NCBI GenBank assembly: GCA_050014435.1
Contig: JBEKDI010000003.1
Location: 27,901-91,900 of the forward strand
DNA length: 64,000 nt
Reading direction: 5' to 3'
Origin: Verrucomicrobiota bacterium
Lineage (GTDB): Bacteria > Verrucomicrobiota > Verrucomicrobiia > Limisphaerales > Palsa-1400
In this document: positions 1 to 7,208 of the stretch, piece after piece
Position numbering within the stretch: the stretch's first letter is position 1
Layout: each line of letters begins with the position of its first letter
Translations under genes and position numbers: made by a program
The notes under the pieces: generated by a model
The model's input: only the letters and a program-made list of their open reading frames with translations
Told to the model about the DNA's origin: nothing
The model's database searches: none

Positions 1-789
1 GTCGGCCAGGAAAATGCCGTCGGGCGAAGATTCGCCCAGGGAGCGGAACTTGGCCTCGCTTTGCTGCAAATGACCCTGGATGTGCTTGTACTTGATATTC
101 TCCTGGTGCAGGGCGTCGATATGCTCCGCCACTTCCCGTTCGATGGTTTCGTGCAGCAGCTGCTGTTCGGCTTGATTGAAGGCCATCCCGGAAGTCAGGC
201 GAAGACTTTCCCAAATCCACAGCGCCAAAATGGTGTCTTCAAACAGGACCCAGCCGGTGAAGGCGACCCAGTCCCAGGGCATGACCTCCACTGCTCCAAA
301 AACCGATTGGATCCATTGCATTCCGCCAAGAAAATGGTCCGCCGCCACCACCACCGTGGCCGAGAGCAGCACTTTGACGTCGCGATAAGAAGCCAGCGCA
401 GCCAGGGCGCCAAAGATAAAGAAATGGGTTTCAAAACCGCCCCCGGTCAGATGGATGAACAAACCAGGGGTCAACATCTGCCCAAGGGCAACGACATGAC
501 GGGTGTAGGCGCGGCCGGGGCTTCTAAGGGCAAAATAAAGCGGCAGGAGATAAATCAGCCCGGCCAGTTCCGCCGCGGTGCAAATAAGCTTCAGGGGCCT
601 TTCCGCCGGCCAAATCTGGGGGGAAATCAGGGAAGCCGAGGCCATGGCCGCCAGCCATTCAAAAACGATCAGCCAGGCGAACATCCGGTCGGTCAACTGG
701 TAAGTATTTTTCCTGAGGGCGTGGAATATCTTCCCGGCTCGCTCCCTGGCCGCATTCTCGAATGTTCTTTTCTGCTCAACGGAGGTCAC
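1..789 (-). CDS. Membrane sensor / signal-transduction protein, N-terminal part (gene runs off the left window edge)
   Basis: Absent from the ORF track because the frame is open at nt 1. Manual minus-strand translation gives an uninterrupted frame: (V)TSVEQKRTFENAARERAGKIFHALRKNTYQLTDRMFAWLIVFEWLAAMASASLISPQIW...HFFIFGALAALASYRD...WDWVAFTGWVLFEDTILALWIW, about six hydrophobic helices. This is followed by a coiled-coil-like linker ending ...QQSEAKFRSLGESSPDGIFLAD, typical of the entry into a PAS domain. The start is GTG 787-789 or ATG 682-684. Confidence 0.55.
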   Translation of the reverse strand, partial: MTSVEQKRTFENAARERAGKIFHALRKNTYQLTDRMFAWLIVFEWLAAMASASLISPQIWPAERPLKLICTAAELAGLIYLLPLYFALRSPGRAYTRHVVALGQMLTPGLFIHLTGGGFETHFFIFGALAALASYRDVKVLLSATVVVAADHFLGGMQWIQSVFGAVEVMPWDWVAFTGWVLFEDTILALWIWESLRLTSGMAFNQAEQQLLHETIEREVAEHIDALHQENIKYKHIQGHLQQSEAKFRSLGESSPDGIFLAD

Positions 790-1036
790 AACGATTTCAT
801 TGAGTCATGTTGCGTACAAATAGCAGCCCCCGGGCCTAATTGCAATACGTTTACAAAACGCTGATTTGGAACAACTTGCACATTCCAATCATTGAGAATC
901 AAACGAGGGACGGATTCTCATGCGCCAATGCCTCCCATTGACGGCCTGAAATACGCATTCTTGCGAATGGCATGGCTCCTGCAAAGCAATGGCCTGGCAG
1001 TAGTGTGGCCACGCTCAGCCAGTTGCCGTGGCTCCA

Positions 1037-1056
1037 TTAAGAGTATTTAAGAGTAT
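1037..1056 (+). repeat. Perfect 10-bp tandem duplication TTAAGAGTAT x2 upstream of the LRR gene
   Basis: Read directly: ttaagagtat (1037-1046) and ttaagagtat (1047-1056), followed by aaat. The second copy contributes a TATAAA box about 60 nt upstream of ATG 1115. Confidence 0.9.
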
Positions 1057-1114
1057 AAATGTGAATAGCGAGAAAAACATTCCAGCCGTGAAATCCCCAG
1101 GATTTTCCACCGGC

Positions 1115-4100
1115 ATGAAGAGGGCACTCTCCGCCCTTGCGGTTTTGCTGCTCTTTGCGGCGCCGGCTGCGGTGCAAGCCCAATACGGTTACCAAACCAA
1201 TCTCGACGGCAGCGTCTATACTTACAGCACAAACACGGACGGCAGCATCTCCTTCGATGGTTACGCGGGCCCCCCGTGGGACGTGACCATTCCAACCAAC
1301 ATCAACGGCCTGCTGGTGACCCGCATCGGGGATTCTGCGTTCATTAATCGCATCAGCCTGACTAACCTCACAATTCCCGGAAGCGTTACCAGCATCGGGG
1401 ACGGTGCGTTTGAATTCTGCCTCAATCTGACCAGCGTCACGATTAGCAACGGCGTCACCGACATCGGCAACGATGCGTTCGAATTCTGCAGCAGCCTGGC
1501 CGGCGTTATGATTCCCGCCAGCGTCACCAACATCGGGGCGGATGTCTTCAGTTACTGCCAAAGCCTGACCGCAATAACGGTGGATACAAATAATTCGTTT
1601 TATAGCAGCGCGGATGGCGTGTTGTTCGACGTGAGCCAAGGCACGCTTGTTGAGTATCCGGACGGCCTGGCCGGAAGTTACACGATTCCGGATGGCGTCA
1701 CCAACATCGCGGAAGACGCGTTCGAATACTGCGGCGGCCTGACCCGCGTGACGATCGCCGACGATGTCACCAGCATCGGGGACAGTGCGTTCGAATACTG
1801 CGCCAGTCTGACGAACGTGATGATCCCCGCCAGCGTCACCAACTTCGGACTGGATGTTTTCGATTACTGCCCGAGTCTGACCGCAATAACGGTGGACACA
1901 AATAATTTGTTTTATAGCAGTGTGGATGGGGTGTTGTTCGACGAGAGCCACAGCACGCTCGTTGTGTATCCGGGAGGCCTGGCCGGAAGCAACACGATTC
2001 CCGGCAGCGTCACCAGCATCGGAGATGGGGCATTCTACAGTTGCACCGGCTTGACCGGCGTCACGATTCCGGTTGGCGTCACCAACATCGGGAATGATGC
2101 GTTCTACGATTGCACCAGTCTGGCCAGCGTCGAGATCCCCGGCAGCGCCACCAGCATCGGGGATCATGTGTTCTTTAATTGCGCCAAGCTGGCCGGCGTC
2201 ACCATCGACAATGGTGTCACCAACATTGGGAGTTATATGTTCGACAATTGCACCAGTCTGACCAATGTGACGATTCCCGGCAGCGTCACCAGCATGGGGA
2301 TTTATGCGTTCGACAATTGCACCAGCCTGACCAATGTGACGATTCCCGGCAGCGTCACCAGCATGGGGGATTATGTGTTTTTCAACTGCACCAGTCTGAC
2401 CGGCGTCACCATTCCCGGCAGCGTCACCAGCATCGGGGACGGTTCATTCTATTTCTGCGCCAGTCTGGCCAGCGTGACGATCAACAACGGCGTCACCAAC
2501 ATCGGAGAAGCGGCGTTCGAATACTGCACCAGTCTGGCCGGAGTCGCCTTCCCCGCCAGCGTCACCAGCGTCGGGAACGATGCGTTCTTCAATTGCACCG
2601 ATCTCACGAACGTTATGATCCCCGCCAGCGTCACCACTATCGGACTGAATGTTTTCGGTTATTGCCCGAGCCTGACCGCAATAAAGGTGGACACAAATAA
2701 TTTGTTTTACAGCAGCGTGAATGGGGTGTTGTTCGACGAGAAGCAGTTCACGCTTGTTGAATATCCGGGCGGCCTGGGCGGAAGCTACACGATTCCCGGC
2801 ACCGTCACCACCGTGGGGGATTATGCGTTCGATGGATGCGGCAACCTGACCAACGTCACGATTCCGGGCAGCGTCGCCAGCATCGGGATTGGCGCGTTCT
2901 TAAACTGTGCCAGCCTGATTAACGTCACGATTTCCGGCAGCGTCACCAACATGGGAGATGGCGCTTTCGAAGAGTGCGCCAGCCTGGCCAGCGTCTATTT
3001 CATGGGTAACGCTCCTTCTGCCGTTGGTGTGAATGAGTTCTATGATGACAACAACGCGGCGGTCTATTATCTGCCTGGCGCCACCGGTTGGAGTTCCAAT
3101 TTTTGGGGTTTCCCGGCCGGTCCTCCAGCCGTGCTGTGGAACCCGCTGATTCAAGCCAGCGGCCCCCGCTTTGGCGTGCAGAGCAATCAATTCGGATTCA
3201 CCATCACCAACACGGCCAACGCCAATCTCACGGTCATGGTGGATGTCTGCACCAATCTGGTCAGCCCCATCTGGTTTCCGCTCCAGATCGTCACGCTCAC
3301 CAACGGTTTGTTCTATTTCAGCGAACCGGTGCAGACGTACAGTTCCGGTTACTTCTACAGTCTCAGTTGGCCCTTTGCGCAATGTGGCACTCTGCAAGTG
3401 ACAATCGCTCCCTCGGACGCTGCAAGCGCAGGAGCGGCGTGGCTGGCGGACGGCGGCCCCTGGCAGCCTGGCGGAGCCATGGTTGAGCTGCCGGCCGGCC
3501 CCCACACCGTCCAATTCAGCAACATCGCCGGATGGAATACGCCCTCAAACCTGGTCGTCACCATTACCAATGGATTTCTGACAACAGCAATGGGAAACTA
3601 CACGGGACAAGGTGGCACCCTGCAAGTGACGATCACTCCCCCGGACGCTGTGAGCGCAGGAGCAGAGTGGCAGGTGGACGGCGGCGCTTGGGAGACCAAC
3701 GGAGCAACGGCCGCTCTCTCGGCAGGCGCTCACACCCTCCAATACAGCAACATCGCCGGATGGAACACGCCCTCAAACCAAATCGTAACCATTACCAATG
3801 GGTATCTGACAATAGCTGCGGGAAACTACACGGGACAATCCAATTACCCATATGAGTACACAGCAAGCGCCGGGGTCATCACCATCACCGGCTACTCCGG
3901 ATCCCGCGGCTTTGTCGCCATTCCACCAACCATCAACGGCCTGCCGGTCACCGGCATTGGACAATACGCGTTCTCAAGCCGCTCCAACCTGACCTGGATC
4001 ACGATTCCCGCCACCATCACAGCCATCGGGAGCCATGCGTTCTCTGACTGCGCCAGCCTGGCAGGCGTTTATTTCTACGGCGGCGCCCCTAGTGTTGATG

Positions 4101-4435
4101 CGACCGTGTTCTCCGGCGACAACAATGTGACCGCCTATTATTTGCCTGGCACGACCGGCTGGCACGACTTCTCCGCTGACACCGGCCTCCCCACCGCGCC
4201 GTGGGTGCCGCAGATTCAGACCAGCGGCGCCCATTTTGGCGTGCAGAGCAATCAATTCGGATTCGACATTACTTGGGCCAACGGCATGGTCGTTGAAGTG
4301 GAAGTCTGCACCAATTTTGACAGCCCCGTTTGGACTACCTTACAGACCGTCATGCTTACCAACGATTTGTTCTTTTTCAGCGAGCCATTCCAAACGAACA
4401 GTTCCGGCCGTTTCTACCGGCTCGTCTCGCCTTGA
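1115..4435 (+). CDS. Secreted BspA-type leucine-rich-repeat surface protein (1,106 aa) with duplicated C-terminal beta-rich modules
   Basis: The track ORF 1028..4435 starts at GTG. ATG 1115 gives the signal peptide MKRALSALAVLLLFAAPAAVQAQ. Roughly two dozen ~23-aa units of the form IP.SVT.IG..AF..C..LT.V are present, plus three long variants (MIPASVT..G..VF.YC.SLTAI.VDTNN.FYSS.DGVLFD). Two ~75-aa tandem repeats (GTLQVTI.P.DA.SAGA.W...) follow. A ~77-aa module (W.P.IQ.SG..FGVQSNQFGF...FYRL) occurs twice. Confidence 0.85.
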   Translation: MKRALSALAVLLLFAAPAAVQAQYGYQTNLDGSVYTYSTNTDGSISFDGYAGPPWDVTIPTNINGLLVTRIGDSAFINRISLTNLTIPGSVTSIGDGAFEFCLNLTSVTISNGVTDIGNDAFEFCSSLAGVMIPASVTNIGADVFSYCQSLTAITVDTNNSFYSSADGVLFDVSQGTLVEYPDGLAGSYTIPDGVTNIAEDAFEYCGGLTRVTIADDVTSIGDSAFEYCASLTNVMIPASVTNFGLDVFDYCPSLTAITVDTNNLFYSSVDGVLFDESHSTLVVYPGGLAGSNTIPGSVTSIGDGAFYSCTGLTGVTIPVGVTNIGNDAFYDCTSLASVEIPGSATSIGDHVFFNCAKLAGVTIDNGVTNIGSYMFDNCTSLTNVTIPGSVTSMGIYAFDNCTSLTNVTIPGSVTSMGDYVFFNCTSLTGVTIPGSVTSIGDGSFYFCASLASVTINNGVTNIGEAAFEYCTSLAGVAFPASVTSVGNDAFFNCTDLTNVMIPASVTTIGLNVFGYCPSLTAIKVDTNNLFYSSVNGVLFDEKQFTLVEYPGGLGGSYTIPGTVTTVGDYAFDGCGNLTNVTIPGSVASIGIGAFLNCASLINVTISGSVTNMGDGAFEECASLASVYFMGNAPSAVGVNEFYDDNNAAVYYLPGATGWSSNFWGFPAGPPAVLWNPLIQASGPRFGVQSNQFGFTITNTANANLTVMVDVCTNLVSPIWFPLQIVTLTNGLFYFSEPVQTYSSGYFYSLSWPFAQCGTLQVTIAPSDAASAGAAWLADGGPWQPGGAMVELPAGPHTVQFSNIAGWNTPSNLVVTITNGFLTTAMGNYTGQGGTLQVTITPPDAVSAGAEWQVDGGAWETNGATAALSAGAHTLQYSNIAGWNTPSNQIVTITNGYLTIAAGNYTGQSNYPYEYTASAGVITITGYSGSRGFVAIPPTINGLPVTGIGQYAFSSRSNLTWITIPATITAIGSHAFSDCASLAGVYFYGGAPSVDATVFSGDNNVTAYYLPGTTGWHDFSADTGLPTAPWVPQIQTSGAHFGVQSNQFGFDITWANGMVVEVEVCTNFDSPVWTTLQTVMLTNDLFFFSEPFQTNSSGRFYRLVSP
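2240..2377 (+). repeat. 69-bp x2 near-identical tandem duplication inside the LRR array
   Basis: Copy A (2240-2308) and copy B (2309-2377) differ at 4 of 69 positions by hand alignment. Each encodes one 23-aa LRR unit (FDNCTSLTNVTIPGSVTSMG.YA/V). Confidence 0.9.
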
Positions 4436-4667
4436 AGCTTGGGCAAGAACGTGCGGGGACCGGCCGCCGCCGCTGTTTTCACCGCGAGAATTTTCCGCAT
4501 TGCTCTGCGGCATTTTCTGGAATTCCGCGCAAACCCGGACATGACCAATCCTGCGCCATCGTGCCTTTCGTTAACAACTTCGGTCCTGGGTATGTCGTGT
4601 TAGGCCCTTGGATGCATACCCTATTTCTTGATTGAACATTCTTTTTGAATGCGCTTTCAAATAAGGC

Positions 4668-5222
4668 ATGCAACGGTGCGTGGAAAAAGCGCGTCTGCCA
4701 CAAGTTTTGGCAATCCTTGTCCTTTGCGCTTTGGCTGTTGGCTGCGACGGCAGTGCGGGGCGGATTTACAGCCCTCCGGCACAGGGCAACCCGGCGCATC
4801 CACCGGCTGTACTCATATTTGCGCCAGGCCATGGCGCGAAATTCCATGCCTGCGCGGACATTCGCCTGCTGGTCCTCGCCACACCTTACGGCACCAGCTT
4901 GGGGCCGGTTGAGGACGCGGGCCAACGTTTTGCCGACACAGCCAAATGGAATTTGATGCAAGACCCGGTAAACACGGTGTCGGTCGAATTCCTTGCCGGC
5001 ACTAACAGTCTCGGTTTCAGGACAAGCGGCGTAGTTTCGGCGAGGGTGCGGTCGAAGCACGGAGAAGCCACGCCGATGATCGCGACGCTGGTGGGATATC
5101 CGGCGGTGGAATTGATCTGGAGCAACGCGCCTGTAGGCAGCCATACATTGGTGGCCCGCGCGATCAACAAAAACGGCCTCACCACCATCTCAACTCCCGT
5201 CAGCATCACTGTCCTCCCATAA
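4668..5222 (+). CDS. Small lipoprotein of unknown function, possible Ig-like C-terminal domain
   Basis: ATG start preceded by aagg. N-terminus MQRCVEKARLPQVLAILVLCALAVGC carries a lipobox (LAVG-C). The C-terminal VGSHTLVARAINKNGLTTISTPVSITVLP resembles bacterial Ig-like folds. The overlapping minus-strand ORF 4479..5144 is Arg-rich and judged spurious. Confidence 0.6.
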   Translation: MQRCVEKARLPQVLAILVLCALAVGCDGSAGRIYSPPAQGNPAHPPAVLIFAPGHGAKFHACADIRLLVLATPYGTSLGPVEDAGQRFADTAKWNLMQDPVNTVSVEFLAGTNSLGFRTSGVVSARVRSKHGEATPMIATLVGYPAVELIWSNAPVGSHTLVARAINKNGLTTISTPVSITVLP

Positions 5223-5295
5223 ACCGGTAGTGATTCGTCAGCCGGATCCTTTATGGCGTTGCATCCGCCAAGGGGGCGATCCCGCGTGTACAATC

Positions 5296-5326
5296 AAAAA
5301 GGCAGGACATCCTGTCCTGCCTTTTT
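5296..5326. terminator. Bidirectional rho-independent terminator between convergent genes
   Basis: AAAAA-GGCAGGACA-tcc-TGTCCTGCC-TTTTT: a perfect 9-bp GC-rich stem (5301-5321) flanked by an A5 and a T5 tract. It sits between the plus-strand lipoprotein stop (5222) and the minus-strand PEP-CTERM gene stop (5355). Confidence 0.8.
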
Positions 5327-5354
5327 GAAGTGAAAACAAACAATAAGTGGCAGC

Positions 5355-5963
5355 TTATTTCAGCTTGCCAAGCTTGGAACGAGCCAAGACCATCGCGGTC
5401 ATCGCGCCACCGAGCAGCGCAACCGTCAGGCCGCCATCCGGAACCCCACCAGCACCAGTATTGGAAGCGGCGAATCCGAACGTCGCCTGGCCGCTATTCC
5501 CACCACTTGAATCGGTAATGGTCAAAGTGAAATTCCCGGGCGTGGCAGTAAATCCGGCAGCACTATCAGTAAGCGTGCCAAGACCCATCAACTCCGCCGT
5601 AGTATTCCCACCGATGACGGTATAGGAAGTGATGGACGCCAGATTAAAGGCGAAAGTGTCACCCGCGCCGGAAAAGGACCAAAGAGGAGTATGGACTTGC
5701 GCCCCAGTGGCAAACAATAACGGCGTGGCCCATGTAACTGTCTGACCATACGTCGGCCCCAGTATCGAGTACGTGCCAGTGCCGCTTGCTACTGTGGTAG
5801 TGCCAAAAGCGGTGATTTCGGTCGCAGAAGTCAAACTTGTAGTATTCAACGTTGCTGTTCCGTTAAAATTGACTTCGCCTGTGATTGAAGTCGCTTGTGC
5901 TTGCTGCACGGCCAGAGCGCAGATCGCCGCTGACAACATCGAAATGGCTATTTTTATTTTCAT
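5355..5963 (-). CDS. Small secreted protein with VPD-type PEP-CTERM sorting signal (putative exosortase substrate)
   Basis: Internal ATG 5963 (preceded by taaggac) gives signal peptide MKIKIAISMLSAAICALAVQQAQA. The body is rich in T/S/G. The C-terminus GGVPDGGLTVALLGGAMTAMVLARSKLGKLK has the layout motif + TM helix + basic tail, which is the PEP-CTERM architecture and is closest to the VPDSG-CTERM variant. Confidence 0.8.
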   Translation of the reverse strand: MKIKIAISMLSAAICALAVQQAQATSITGEVNFNGTATLNTTSLTSATEITAFGTTTVASGTGTYSILGPTYGQTVTWATPLLFATGAQVHTPLWSFSGAGDTFAFNLASITSYTVIGGNTTAELMGLGTLTDSAAGFTATPGNFTLTITDSSGGNSGQATFGFAASNTGAGGVPDGGLTVALLGGAMTAMVLARSKLGKLK

Positions 5964-6037
5964 ATTTTTGTCCTTATAGTTTCTTGTTTTCACTTGCCTT
6001 TTTTCGTTTACCCGCTTCATTACGGTTACCTCCTATT

Positions 6038-6054
6038 AGCGATTTCTATGCCAA
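6038..6054 (-). promoter_or_regulatory. Candidate sigma54 (-24/-12) promoter upstream of the PEP-CTERM protein gene
   Basis: The minus strand reads TTGGCATAGAAATCGCT, i.e. TGGCAT-N5-TCGC. The GG-to-GC spacing is exactly that of the consensus TGGCAC-N5-TTGC. It lies ~75 nt upstream of ATG 5963. Confidence 0.35.
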
Positions 6055-6377
6055 CGATATTATTTGGTGGGCAAAAGCACCTTAACCCACTTATTATCAA
6101 TTGTTTGGGCATGGTGCTTACAAATTGTGGCAACCCCCCATCCAAGCAACTCTGTAAGGTTTATCGACGAGTTTACGCCGTTCAAAGGAGCGCTTGATAA
6201 GTAACATATTGAAACACAGACACTTGCACATATTTTAGCCTTCTGTAAGGCCAACCGACATAGCCAAGGGCGTTCTAAGGCTCGTCAAAAGGGCAATCAA
6301 ACGCAATCGTAATTGTTTGCAACTCGCTTAAATACAGGGACATACGGCATCGCCTCGCCACCCTGCCGGCCTTGCAA

Positions 6378-7088
6378 TCAATACCAACTGAACCGCATGG
6401 GAACGTTGATGACGTCGTCGGGCTTTAAGGTGAAGTTCGGCAGTTGCCCGCCATGAATCCCCTTGTAAAGGTTCAGAGTGGTTTTTGTCGTGACGCCCGC
6501 GCTGTCGGTCCGGATGATTTGGACGGATTTCAGATTCGACCTGGTAGTATCGATCCCCGCCTCGATCACCGCTTGCAAAGGGGTCAGAGGCCGCTCCGAA
6601 ATGAGTTTCCCGGGTTTCATGACCGCCCCCATGACATAAACCACAAATGCGGCCGATTGGACTGTGACCGAAGCCTCGCTGTTGACAAGCTGCGAACCGT
6701 AGAGTTTCTTCAGGTCCGCCTCCACTGCCGCCGGAGTTTTGCCGGCGGCTTCGTATTCGCCGATCATTTGCAAAGTGATCATGCCGTCCACTCGAATGCT
6801 CTCGATGGTGTCCAGGTTGGGCGCGCCCGGGAAAACGATCTTAATGGTGTCTCCCGCCTGTAACACAATGGATTTGTTCGCATTGGTCAATACATTGCCT
6901 GTCGCGCCTGGCAAAGCCAGGGCCGCCGGCGGCGGCGCGTTGGTGGAATGCGCGGGCGCACCGGCGGAGTGGGGGGATTGCGTCTGGCAGCCGACCGCCG
7001 CGGCCAACATTCCCAGCGCGAGCAGCCCCGCTTTCCTGTCCTTCGCGCAAGTTATCAATTTAACAAGTTTCATCATATCATTTGCCAT
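6378..7088 (-). CDS. Short outer-membrane polysaccharide export (OPX, Wza-family) lipoprotein
   Basis: Lipobox LGMLAAAVGC. The Poly_export-like segment VLQAGDTIKIVFPGAPNLDTIESIRVDGMITLQMIGEYEAAGKTPAAVEADLKKLY is followed by one SLBB-like segment. At 236 aa it has no room for the C-terminal Wza helix domain. Confidence 0.8.
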   Translation of the reverse strand: MANDMMKLVKLITCAKDRKAGLLALGMLAAAVGCQTQSPHSAGAPAHSTNAPPPAALALPGATGNVLTNANKSIVLQAGDTIKIVFPGAPNLDTIESIRVDGMITLQMIGEYEAAGKTPAAVEADLKKLYGSQLVNSEASVTVQSAAFVVYVMGAVMKPGKLISERPLTPLQAVIEAGIDTTRSNLKSVQIIRTDSAGVTTKTTLNLYKGIHGGQLPNFTLKPDDVINVPMRFSWY

Positions 7089-7208
7089 AATGACCTCCGG
7101 AATGCGCCGGGAATCCGGCGCGGTTGATTTTTACAACGTCATGGGAACCAGTCAAGAAAGCTTTGTCGAAATCTTTCAAAGAATTCGCATCGAAAAGCGG
7201 CGCCGGAA

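Noticed and set aside
61-864. 267-aa plus-strand ORF (TTG start) at the left end
   Set aside because: It has an odd, Gly/Arg/Gln/Pro-rich composition with no motifs. It lies exactly antisense to a much more convincing multi-TM/coiled-coil reading frame on the minus strand. It is treated as a shadow ORF.
2179-2700. 173-aa His/Gln/Arg-rich repetitive ORF, and other alternative-frame ORFs inside 1028-4435
   Set aside because: These are frame-shifted readings of the periodic LRR-coding repeat. Their periodicity is inherited from the true frame.
4436-4470. Possible terminator after the LRR gene (gcggggaccggccgccgccgctgtttt)
   Set aside because: Only a ~4-bp contiguous stem can be drawn by hand, which is too weak to call.
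4479-5144. 221-aa minus-strand ORF overlapping the lipoprotein gene
   Set aside because: It is Arg-rich with no signal or motif. The plus-strand ORF 4668-5222 has an ATG with an upstream aagg, a lipobox signal peptide and a terminator downstream.
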